Source: a virus (Duplodnaviria; Heunggongvirae; Uroviricota; Caudoviricetes). From it: DNA of 34,515 bases. Within the stretch, counting starts at the first letter, position 1. Every line of letters begins with the position of its first letter. The notes under the pieces are model-generated. The model saw only the letters and a list, made by a program, of their open reading frames with translations, was not told the DNA's origin and did not search any database. The position numbers and the translations under genes are program-made. The DNA lies in the IMG/VR virus record IMGVR_UViG_3300028327_000833, positions 1-34,515 of that record, one strand, 5' to 3'. Below are positions 1 through 8,038 of this stretch, piece after piece.

Positions 1-120
1 GATCTCGCCCTTCTGGGGCTTCTCCTTGGCGTTGTCCGGGATGATGATGCCGCCGGCGGTCTTCGCCTCCGCTTCCATGGACTTGAGAATAACGCGGTCT
101 TCCATTGGCTTGACGTTCAT
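1..120 (-). CDS. groES: Co-chaperonin GroES, N-terminal 40 aa (runs off window edge)
   Basis: Manual translation [40 protein letters not shown] is a canonical GroES N-terminus with mobile loop; AAGGAGG RBS upstream. Confidence 0.92.
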   Translation of the reverse strand, partial: MNVKPMEDRVILKSMEAEAKTAGGIIIPDNAKEKPQKGEI

Positions 121-331
121 GGTACTAGCCTCCTTATTATTGGTTTTGTTTAGAGTTAAAGTGTCGAATTAAAAACAGCTAACCGTCTTTGCGCGGAACG
201 CGATTTTTAACGAAATCGCTTATGCCCATAACGCCGCCTCCGTGAATAAGGTAAAAAACCCGCGCTTCGAGTTAAAGGTATTCAACTTCCAGAACTTTAA
301 CAAAACGCATCCCCGCCCGAACCGCGGCGGT

Positions 332-814
332 TCAGCCGTCGACAGCTTCGCCCAGAGTTTCCGGCGGTTCGCTCTTGCAATCAAGCTCGTTTTTACGCTT
401 AACCGCCTTATATTCGATAACAAGCCGCGCCTCTTTGCCTACGTCGCCGCAAACCAGAACCTCCGGGTTAAACTGATACGCCCCCGACCGCACACGTTGC
501 ATGAGGTTCGCCTTCTGCATACCTTTTAACGCCCCTATGACGGTCTTATTAGACGCCGGGATGGCTTTGGAAATTTCATCGACCGTGCCCAAAAACATAT
601 TGTCGGCAACCCTGACGTTTTTCAGCATATACTCGATGACTTTGAACTGCTTTTCGGTCAGAACCTGCCCTATCGCCCCGACAAGGTCTTTCAGCCTGAC
701 CCTGAAAAACATCTTTCCGCCGAAAATCTCTTTATGGATTTTGGTCTCGTTATAAACTTTCCCGTCGTCCCCGACAACGTCCTGATAGGTAACTACATAC
801 GAAGTGTCAGCCAT
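332..814 (-). CDS. RepL-like (plasmid replication/maintenance protein family) winged-HTH protein
   Basis: KQFKVIEYMLKNV..DNMFLGTVDEISKAI..SNKTVIGALKGMQKANLMQRVRSGAYQFNPEVL resembles RepL; start chosen at ATG 814 after GAGGAGAGG. Confidence 0.6.
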   Translation of the reverse strand: MADTSYVVTYQDVVGDDGKVYNETKIHKEIFGGKMFFRVRLKDLVGAIGQVLTEKQFKVIEYMLKNVRVADNMFLGTVDEISKAIPASNKTVIGALKGMQKANLMQRVRSGAYQFNPEVLVCGDVGKEARLVIEYKAVKRKNELDCKSEPPETLGEAVDG

Positions 815-839
815 ATCCTCTCCTCGGTTTAAGGTATCA

Positions 840-954
840 TGTAACAAAGATACACGATACTGTGTAAAAAAACAAGAAGAGTTTACATTAAATTGTGTAA
901 CCATTGTACACCGTTTGTTGTAGTATACTACACGATAACATGTAGCATACTACA
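840..954. promoter_or_regulatory. Four TGTA-N6/7-TACA inverted-repeat boxes upstream of RepL-like gene
   Basis: TGTAACAAAGATACA 840-854, TGTAACCATTGTACA 896-910, TGTAGTATACTACA 919-932 (perfect palindrome), TGTAGCATACTACA 941-954. Confidence 0.6.
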
Positions 955-1341
955 CCCTCTGAATTTACGTAAATCTTGGTCTGTTATGAAGTTACGGATA
1001 AAAATAAGCGTTCAGGTTATTCTATTGTCAGTTACTTCTAAAATACACCCCCGCCCGAACCCGCGATATTCTTCTTCGGTTATGCGTCGGACGGTTATGC
1101 GGACTTAATAAGGATTCAAAAAAAAATAAAAAATATTTGCATTTGATAAGGCTTTAATTTATTTTTATAACACTTACCCCCCACGCCTCCTAACAGTGCG
1201 CAAAACCGGGGGGCTTTTTTTTTGAGCGCCCCCTTGACGTCCCCAAGCATATAACTTCCAGAATTCAAACATGACCGCTCTTATCGCATAATATGCCGAC
1301 GCGTCCCGAAGAAGGCGCGTCGCGGCGGGTGCGGGGACGGC

Positions 1342-2373
1342 TCAGATTCGGTTCAGCATCGCGGACAGCTCCGCGCCGTCCCCGCTGTTCAGGCAATCCG
1401 AGACGGCCGCCTCAAGCGTCTTGACTTTGTCTGAATATTCGAGGTCTCCGGCCTCCCGCAGCTTCTTTACGGCGGCGGCCAGCCCCTTGACGCGAACCAT
1501 CGCCTGCGGGTGCGGAACCGCGACTCCGTCGGAGCGGACGTCGCTCATGCTTACGTGAAGCTCGACGTAGCCCCTGTCTATGGCGTACTGCATAGGCTCG
1601 GGCTTGTTCTTGTATATCCACCCCCACAGCCTGAACCGCTCGAAGAGGACGCTTCGGCGCAGGCCGAGCAGCTTGGCGGTCTCCGACATCGTCAGCCTGA
1701 AGGACGCGGCCTGCCCGTTCAGCCTCGCCGCGAGTTCCATATTCGGGAGGATGACCCCGCTGTAAAGCCTCTTGTGCTTGGCGATCCGCTCCGACAGGTC
1801 GTCGATCAGCGCTCTCTGCTCGGCCAGCACCTCGTTGGCGGCCAGAAGCCCCTGCGCCAGCCTCTCCTCGCGGGACAAGGCCGGCTGAACGGCGATCCGC
1901 GTCAGCTTCTCCTCGCATTGAATGAGGTACGTCCTGATCTGCTTCCCCCGATCCGTCCGCGCCAACTGACACAAGTGCTTCGCCATGAACGGGGTCAGGA
2001 GGTAGTCTTTGGCGGGTCTACCCCCTAAATTAGCGTCTAAATGGGTTTCGGTCACTTTTGACCGGCGAGTTTCATAGTCCTCGCCAACGCTCAAATTTGA
2101 GCGTTCAAGTTTAACATAGTCCTCGCCCTCGACAAAGTCCCCGAAGTTGCGGTCAACCCAGTGCCGAAAATCAGTCTGTACGCCCAACTCCTTATGTAAG
2201 GCACGGGCGTCGACCGTGAACTTGCCGTCGCCGGCAAACAGCCCCTTGAAAGAAACAACCGCGCCCTCCGCGGACATCGGGACGAGTTCCGCGGCTTCGA
2301 CGGCGGTCTGCGGGATGACGGTTTTAACTGGCGTTGCGGGTAAAGCTGGTACTGCCGGCGATTTTCCGCTCAT
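1342..2373 (-). CDS. Phage antirepressor, AntA/AntB N-terminal plus KilAC C-terminal domain
   Basis: VDARALHKELGVQTDFRHWV..FVEGEDY..DYLLTPFMAKHLC..RGKQIRTYLIQCE and LTMSETAKLLGLRRSVLFERFRLWGWI..PMQYAIDRGY; ATG 2373 after TAAGGAGG. Confidence 0.85.
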   Translation of the reverse strand: MSGKSPAVPALPATPVKTVIPQTAVEAAELVPMSAEGAVVSFKGLFAGDGKFTVDARALHKELGVQTDFRHWVDRNFGDFVEGEDYVKLERSNLSVGEDYETRRSKVTETHLDANLGGRPAKDYLLTPFMAKHLCQLARTDRGKQIRTYLIQCEEKLTRIAVQPALSREERLAQGLLAANEVLAEQRALIDDLSERIAKHKRLYSGVILPNMELAARLNGQAASFRLTMSETAKLLGLRRSVLFERFRLWGWIYKNKPEPMQYAIDRGYVELHVSMSDVRSDGVAVPHPQAMVRVKGLAAAVKKLREAGDLEYSDKVKTLEAAVSDCLNSGDGAELSAMLNRI

Positions 2374-2488
2374 TGCGGCCTCCTTATCTATTTGTTCAAC
2401 CCTACACATGCGGTAGAAACATTCGCTTCAGCCGCTTCCTTAGCTCTCTGCTTTTTTCAACCCCGCGCAGTCGGCGGAAGCTGCCCGT

Positions 2489-2502
2489 CTACTACAGTAC
2501 GC
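2489..2502 (-). promoter_or_regulatory. GCGTACTGTAGTAG motif copy 1 (upstream of antirepressor)
   Basis: Exact 14-mer found 5 times, each co-oriented with downstream genes. Confidence 0.6.
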
Positions 2503-3184
2503 TTCCCGTCTTCAAAATTTCTTCCCCCGCCCCCCGCCGGCTCCGCGGCGCGTCTTCAACTCCGTAAGCTCCGCGCGTCCGCGCGCCCTCCGCGGACGGC
2601 TCCGCCGCCCTCTCCGCCCGAAACCGTTATCCTTTCAGGATAATCCGCCTTCCGGCTCCGCGGCCCGATCCGCCGTCCGTACGCGGCTTCCGCCGCCCCG
2701 CGGACTCCGCGTCCGCCGAAAACCCGCAAAAAATCCGCAAGGTGCGCGCAAGGGGTCTCGCAAGAAGCCGTTTATAATATATAGGCGCGTCCGTCTATAG
2801 CGGCGCGGACTGATTTTCCGGAACAACCGGACGGTTTCGCGAGGGGCGCTCGGGGATCTCGGACGGCGGTTTCGAGGCGGTTTCGCCGCAAACGCAATCC
2901 AGAGGCGTCCCAGGCGCGCCGGACTGTTCGGGCGGGACTTTGGTCGACGCGGGCGCCGGAATCGTCCCGGTGAACGTCTGGTGCGTTCTGGCGGGGCGTC
3001 GCCGTAAACCCGCCGGGTCTGATTTCTGAATTCGGGGTCGGATTCGGGGGAAAAAATTTCTGTGAGCTACTATAGGACTCAAAGAGTATTTAAGCGTCTT
3101 CTTCAGCCGTCCGCGCGCCCGTCAAGGGCGCGTGCAAGCGTCCCCCCTCATACTCCCCCAGTATAGAAATAATATATTATTATT

Positions 3185-3415
3185 AAAGTCAAAAGAATTA
3201 GAAGACTAACTAGAGAATAAAAGATTTATATAATATAAACAAGAATTCTGCAAGAAGACTGCAAGAAGACTGTTATATATTATTATAATTATTATTATTA
3301 AGCCGTATAAAAGAATACTCTTAGTAATTCTGCGGAGATATAATAATATTATAAGGGCTTAAACAGATAAAGTCAAAAGAATTAGAAGATTAACTAGAGA
3401 ATAAAAGATTTATAT
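3185..3415 (+). repeat. 47-bp direct repeat (3185-3231, 3369-3415; 1 mismatch)
   Basis: AAAGTCAAAAGAATTAGAAGA(C/T)TAACTAGAGAATAAAAGATTTATAT. Confidence 0.9.
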
Positions 3416-3419
3416 TATT

Positions 3420-3482
3420 AAAGTCAAAACAGCCGAATATAATAATACAGACTTGCGTCTGTATATACACTAAAGAGATAAG
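3420..3482. repeat. Hairpin element copy A (stem ATACAGAC, loop TTGC)
   Basis: AAAGTCAAAAC-N14-ATACAGAC TTGC GTCTGTAT-N6-TAAAGAGATAAG. Confidence 0.85.
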
Positions 3483-3643
3483 TCAAAAGAAACGTACTAG
3501 GTATTCGCCGTATATTATAATAATATTATAAAAATTATCAATAATTATTCTCCGAAATATTCCTGATATATTCCGCGGAGAATTATTAATGCTGCGGCGA
3601 ACCGGAAAATTTTACGGATTTTACAGCCGCGTAAAAAAAACTA

Positions 3644-4043
3644 TTGACAAAACGCTTACGGTATTTAACTTACGGAATTTATAATCTCGAAATTCTGAAA
3701 ATTCCGAAAACCGACGTTAAAGTCAAAGTCAAAGTCGAAACATCCGGCAGAAACAGCCCGTGCTTGCGCACGGGCTTACGCTAAGGAAAAAGTCAAAGTC
3801 AAAAGCTGGAATCCGCCGCATATTATTATTATTATTAATAATAATGCCTGGAATTCGCGGTATGCCGGTAATCTCAAGAAATTATCCGTTATGCTTCGAA
3901 TTCCGAAAAATGCGGACGCTTCTTGAATTCCCGGAATGCCGCCTTCCGCAAAAAAAAATCGAATTTACAGCCTGTATGAAAAAAAAATAAAAATATGCCG
4001 TTGACAAAACGCTTACGGTATTTAACTTACGGAATTTATAATC
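3644..4043 (+). promoter_or_regulatory. Identical 43-bp repeat (3644-3686, 4001-4043) starting with TTGACA; putative sigma70-type promoters
   Basis: TTGACAAAACGCTTACGGTATTTAACTTACGGAATTTATAATC twice; TAACTT lies 16 bp after TTGACA. Repeat is certain, promoter role inferred. Confidence 0.65.
3731..3792. repeat. Hairpin element copy B (stem GCCCGTGC, loop TTGC)
   Basis: AAAGTCGAAAC-N14-GCCCGTGC TTGC GCACGGGC-N6-TAAGGAAAAAG. Confidence 0.85.
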
Positions 4044-4125
4044 CAGAACAACGCCGAAAAAGCCGAAACCGCGCGGAATCCCGAAAACTCCCGAAAACCG
4101 TCGATATGTAAAATATATAAAAGTC

Positions 4126-4187
4126 AAAGTCAAAACACCCGACACATATAGTTCGCGCTTGCGCGCGAACAAACATTAAGGAAAAAG
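4126..4187. repeat. Hairpin element copy C (stem GTTCGCGC, loop TTGC)
   Basis: AAAGTCAAAAC-N14-GTTCGCGC TTGC GCGCGAAC-N6-TAAGGAAAAAG. Confidence 0.85.
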
Positions 4188-4288
4188 CCGAATTCTGGAA
4201 TTCTCCGAAAAACGTCCCCGAATCCGAAACCCCGAAATTAAACTTTTTAAAATAAATTAAAAACCCCTATAAAAAAGTCAAACAAACG

Positions 4289-4302
4289 GCGTACTGTAGT
4301 AG
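4289..4302 (+). promoter_or_regulatory. GCGTACTGTAGTAG motif copy 2
   Basis: Exact copy ~105 bp upstream of the first plus-strand gene. Confidence 0.6.
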
Positions 4303-4407
4303 AGGGCGGAACTTGCCGGGTTTAAACCCATGCCGTAACAAACGCTTTCAAAAACGGCGCAATACACGCTGACCGAAGATAACCGAAACTGAAAAGGAAA
4401 CCTTAAA

Positions 4408-4716
4408 ATGAACAGAACCGAATCCGAAAACGACATCGAACAAATCCTGTCCGAAATCGAAAACAAAGCCGTTCACGAATACTGGGAAACCGTCAGAACT
4501 AAATACGCCGGCAACCCGGAATTCCAAGAAACCCTGGAGGACATGGAAACCCTGGTAAGAGTCCTCGAATCCGTCCTGGAAAGCGGAAGACCGCCCGAAC
4601 CCGGCTTACGCCAGTTAAACGGCGGCTGTAAAAACTCGATTACGGTTATAAGACAGAAACTGACAGATTTAACGCGAAACGCCGACAGGGAGACCGAAGA
4701 TGGATTGGTTGCTTAA
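4408..4716 (+). CDS. Hypothetical protein
   Basis: 102-aa acidic helical ORF, first of a tightly packed operon. Confidence 0.6.
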   Translation: MNRTESENDIEQILSEIENKAVHEYWETVRTKYAGNPEFQETLEDMETLVRVLESVLESGRPPEPGLRQLNGGCKNSITVIRQKLTDLTRNADRETEDGLVA

Positions 4717-5269
4717 TATCAACGCGCTGGTCAAAGTAGATTGCGAAAAAGTCGGCATGAAAGACGCGAACGAAGATTTCAAACGGCTGTTCACAGCCTT
4801 CGTCCACTCGCTGCACGACTTCGACGACGAACGGCTGTCCCTGTCGGGACTGTCGTTTAACTCGGCCCGCTTCTCTTCCGAACGGTTAGACGCAACGCTC
4901 AAACCTGCGAAAAAAAGCCGCGACGGAACGGACAGTCTTGAAAACGCCTGCTTCCGCATCTTCCAGTACGACAAAAAGCGCGATACATGGGAACATAAAA
5001 CATGCATTCGCGACCTGCCGTACAGCCCTTACAGGTCTGGATCGTATTCGGTCGCCCTTCCCGACAACGCGCTGGTCAACGTGAAATACGACCGGGAAAC
5101 AAAAAACCTGACCATGAACTATCCCATGTCTTACGGAATGATCTCTAAAGACGTAAAAGCCTGTATAATCGAATCTCCGCCCGAACACGCGAAACCTTTC
5201 GAACGCACGGACGCGGATTTTTACGCGCTGTATACTAAAGACGGCGACGAATATTTCGCCGTATGCTGA
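4700..5269 (+). CDS. Hypothetical protein
   Basis: 189-aa ORF, GGAG upstream, overlaps previous stop. Confidence 0.7.
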   Translation: MDWLLNINALVKVDCEKVGMKDANEDFKRLFTAFVHSLHDFDDERLSLSGLSFNSARFSSERLDATLKPAKKSRDGTDSLENACFRIFQYDKKRDTWEHKTCIRDLPYSPYRSGSYSVALPDNALVNVKYDRETKNLTMNYPMSYGMISKDVKACIIESPPEHAKPFERTDADFYALYTKDGDEYFAVC

Positions 5270-5306
5270 AAAGCGGCCGTATAAACTTTAACCGGGAAGG
5301 ATTGCG

Positions 5307-5540
5307 ATGACCCAATTCATACAGTTGATAAAGCCGCTGAAACCTGACGAAGAATACCCGTCCAATAATATAGACATCTCCGTGAACGGCGACAGCTTCG
5401 AGGCGATGTACTACACAGTATACGAAGCCGGAATCAATTCCGTAACCGACAGAATATGCCATAAAGAAACCTATGACGCGAGACAGCTCAACGCTTTCGT
5501 AGCCAGAAAACAAAGAGACGGATTTATAGCGTTGCTTTAA
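5307..5540 (+). CDS. Hypothetical protein
   Basis: 77-aa ORF with GGAAGG RBS. Confidence 0.6.
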   Translation: MTQFIQLIKPLKPDEEYPSNNIDISVNGDSFEAMYYTVYEAGINSVTDRICHKETYDARQLNAFVARKQRDGFIALL

Positions 5541-5574
5541 TAGCCAGAAAACAAAAAGACGGATTTATAGCGTT
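5500..5574 (+). repeat. 34-bp tandem duplication of the gene 3' end (5500-5533, 5541-5574)
   Basis: TAGCCAGAAAACAAA(G/A)AGACGGATTTATAGCGTT twice. Confidence 0.85.
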
Positions 5575-5615
5575 TAAACAAACAGTCTGCAAAAAACAAA
5601 CGACCGAGGAAATAG

Positions 5616-6035
5616 ATGAAAACTGAAAAAGAAGTGTCAGACGAATACTGGGAGAAGTTTAACGACCATCTCACGGAAAGCCGTAAATATACAGAAGACG
5701 AATGGGAGGCTAAATTGAATAATATCCTTAAAGCCGGTCAGGACGAATTGAAAAAGGCGAGAACCGAAAGAATTAAATACTTAACCGTCACAAGCCGCGA
5801 TCCGGACGAAGCGGACGGCGTTTTGTCCGCGGAAATCCCAGGATGGAGCGAAAAAACTTTTACGGATAAAATGAACTTCTTGAAGAATAACTTTAAATTT
5901 AACATGATTTCTGGTTTCACACAGGAAACAGATAAAGAAAAAATAGCCAAAGAAAATTACTACGCCACACTGCAATACTTGATCTCCGAAGCGAAAGACT
6001 TCGGAATTGTTTCGGTTATAAGAGCCGAAGCATGA
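5616..6035 (+). CDS. Hypothetical protein
   Basis: 139-aa ORF with GAGGA RBS. Confidence 0.7.
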   Translation: MKTEKEVSDEYWEKFNDHLTESRKYTEDEWEAKLNNILKAGQDELKKARTERIKYLTVTSRDPDEADGVLSAEIPGWSEKTFTDKMNFLKNNFKFNMISGFTQETDKEKIAKENYYATLQYLISEAKDFGIVSVIRAEA

Positions 6036-6070
6036 TTTACGCAAGCTATCACGGAAACCGAGGAGTTTAA

Positions 6071-6219
6071 ATGAAAACGAATTCTGAGACATTATTATGA
6101 TGTGAAAAGACAGGAACCACTTGTTTCTGTGCCACGAAACGCCATGCCAATTCTGCCACCGCCACTTGCTGCGATGGTGGATAAACAGCAAAGGCGTCCA
6201 ATGCGAGGAGTTTAAATAA
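6071..6219 (+). pseudogene. Small Cys/His-rich protein with apparent +1 A frameshift at 6074-6077
   Basis: GAGGAG RBS then ATG; removing one A gives MKRILRHYYDVKDRNHLFLCHETPCQFCHRHLLRWWINSKGVQCEEFK, ending 2 nt before the next ATG. Confidence 0.45.
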
Positions 6220-6284
6220 ATATGAAAACAAACTTTGAAGCCTTTAAAGAACGTCTGACCCTCACACTGAAAAGGAGATAAGCG

Positions 6285-6611
6285 ATGGGCGTCACAAAAA
6301 CTGAAAGCGGCGAGGATGTAACAACCGCATGGTTTATCAGCGACACCTTAACCGGTAATCTACTCTATGACGAGGAAGGCAGGTTATATTGCTTTGATAC
6401 GGATAAGCAAGCCTCTAAGAAATACGACGAATTAGACGGCGGTAATACTGGAATCAGTATAGTCGAACGATGTATCGTATGGTATGACGACAGAATCGAG
6501 TTTGAAGCCATAGGTTCTCACGACGAACGGTTTGACGCATGGCAACAAGAAATTGAACGCTATAATAAAGCGGAGGCGGCGCGTAAACGTTGGGGGTCTA
6601 TAAATGGCTAA
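6285..6611 (+). CDS. Hypothetical protein
   Basis: 108-aa ORF with AGGAG RBS. Confidence 0.7.
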   Translation: MGVTKTESGEDVTTAWFISDTLTGNLLYDEEGRLYCFDTDKQASKKYDELDGGNTGISIVERCIVWYDDRIEFEAIGSHDERFDAWQQEIERYNKAEAARKRWGSING

Positions 6612-7077
6612 CCACTGGGAATATATCAAATTCAGAGGCCGGACGACGGACGCCGCCGATCCTAAGTGGGTTTACGGCGACTATGTATACGAATGCTCCA
6701 GCAAGCACCACTACATCGTTACGACATTCAGCCCGTACACGGGCGATTTCGTTTACGTGCTTGTGGACGGCGAAACCGTCGGGCAATATATCAAACACAA
6801 AGACGACAACGGCTCCGAAATCTACGAAGGCGACGTCGTGGAAGGATTCATAGCCGACTCAGACGAGGGCGAATACGTGCAAGGCGAAATAATCTGGAAT
6901 TACAAAGGGGCGTTCGTGCTGGATCGCCGCGTCGAACCGCTGCGCGGCGACATACGCGAGCTTCGCGAGCTTGATTCGGTAAGAATCAAAGGAAACGTTC
7001 ACGACAGACCCGAAAACGTCAAAGAAGCCGTAAAAACCTGTTTCCGAAATAAAGGACTCGCGACAGATGACCGCTAA
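6604..7077 (+). CDS. YopX family protein
   Basis: IKFRG..KWVYGD..VDGETVGQY..KDDNGSEIYEGDVV..IKGNVHD signature. Confidence 0.88.
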   Translation: MANHWEYIKFRGRTTDAADPKWVYGDYVYECSSKHHYIVTTFSPYTGDFVYVLVDGETVGQYIKHKDDNGSEIYEGDVVEGFIADSDEGEYVQGEIIWNYKGAFVLDRRVEPLRGDIRELRELDSVRIKGNVHDRPENVKEAVKTCFRNKGLATDDR

Positions 7078-7540
7078 ACATCCCAAACAGTCGCGGGTCG
7101 TCGTTCTGAACTGGACGGAAGCCGAAGACTTATACAAAAACGGCGGGAAGACGGTTAAAGAGATCGCCCGCGAACTCGGCGTCGCCTATAACACCGTAGC
7201 GCACGCTTTCAAGAAGACGGGCGTGGTCTTGAAACCCCGCATACGGACGGCCGTCAAAGTCGGCGACAGATTCGGCAGGCTTACGGTCGTCGAAAGGGCG
7301 GGAAGCCGCCGCAACAGGGAAGCGCTATGGCGCTCGGTCTGCGACTGCGGAGGGGAGACGGTAGTCGGCAGCGCGTCCCTCCGCCGAGGGCACACCAAAT
7401 CCTGCGGATGCTTGTACAAAGAAACTTCGCCGAAAAATCTGACGGACGGGGACGGAAACCATATCTTGCGGCCTAGACCCGGGAGCGTGACGCACGCGCT
7501 TAAACATTTCACAAAGGTTTTGGAGGAGTCCGAATGCTAG
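7067..7540 (+). CDS. HTH protein fused to a GxRFGRLTV..CDCG..SCGC Cys domain
   Basis: N-terminal HTH (TVKEIARELGVAYNTV) plus the VGDRFGRLTVVER..CDCGG..HTKSCGC module common in phage HNH/AP2-associated proteins; no nuclease domain seen. Confidence 0.7.
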   Translation: MTAKHPKQSRVVVLNWTEAEDLYKNGGKTVKEIARELGVAYNTVAHAFKKTGVVLKPRIRTAVKVGDRFGRLTVVERAGSRRNREALWRSVCDCGGETVVGSASLRRGHTKSCGCLYKETSPKNLTDGDGNHILRPRPGSVTHALKHFTKVLEESEC

Positions 7541-8038
7541 ACGAAAAAGCGAAACAAAAAATCGCCGCGCTGTACAAACAAGGCGAAACCACGTACAGCA
7601 TCGCGCTTATGTACGGACTGTCGCACCAAGGCGTGAGTTACATCCTTAACCGCATGGACGCTCCTGTCCGCAAATCCCCTGATCTCGACGGCAAAACCGT
7701 GAAAGGTTTCAAAGTCCTGCGCAAAAACAAAAACTACAGCTATACATGCAAATGCCTGAAATGCGGACACGAAAAACTCTACCCGCCGTCGCAAATCAAA
7801 CGCGCGCGGCTTGCGTGCTCGGTCTGCGGCCGCGAACTCAAATACAAGTCTATAACCGGCCGCGTTATAACAATGTATAACTCAGGCATGAGTCTGATGC
7901 GGATAGCCGCCGAACTCCGCAAAAAAAAGGCTCGTCCGCAAGTCGATCAGCAATATGACGGTGCGCAAGATACTGATAGACAATAACGTTAAACGCAAAT
8001 CGAGAGGACGCCCGAAAGGAGCCAAGTCCGGTAAATGA
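7534..8038 (+). CDS. HTH - Cys domain - HTH protein, apparent +1 frameshift at A8 (7921-7928)
   Basis: Annotated frame stops at 7986; with one A removed it completes the second HTH (SISNMTVRKILIDNNVKRK) and stops at a TGA overlapping the next ATG (8035). Confidence 0.65.

Larger units (their letters stand above)
311..1061 (+). repeat. 13-bp direct repeat CCCCGCCCGAACC at 311-323 and 1049-1061 flanking the RepL-like gene
   Basis: Exact match read from the sequence. Confidence 0.8.

Noticed and set aside
121-310. CIRCE heat-shock operator upstream of the left groES
   Set aside because: No TTAGCACTC-N9-GAGTGCTAA found, so it gives no support for a host origin of this gene.
1412-2028. Long alternative-frame ORFs over the antirepressor (186 aa, 172 aa)
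   Set aside because: Shadow ORFs of a GC-rich gene; low-complexity Arg/Ala/Gly content and no RBS.
2147-3082. ORFs in the GC-rich part of the hub
   Set aside because: Pro/Arg/Ser-biased translations without RBS or motifs; treated as non-coding.
3160-4285. CRISPR array
   Set aside because: Repeats are irregular in spacing and length with no unique fixed-size spacers, and no cas genes are present.
6222-6281. MKTNFEAFKERLTL mini-ORF resembling the start of the 16719 protein
   Set aside because: Only 19 codons; cannot distinguish a remnant from chance.
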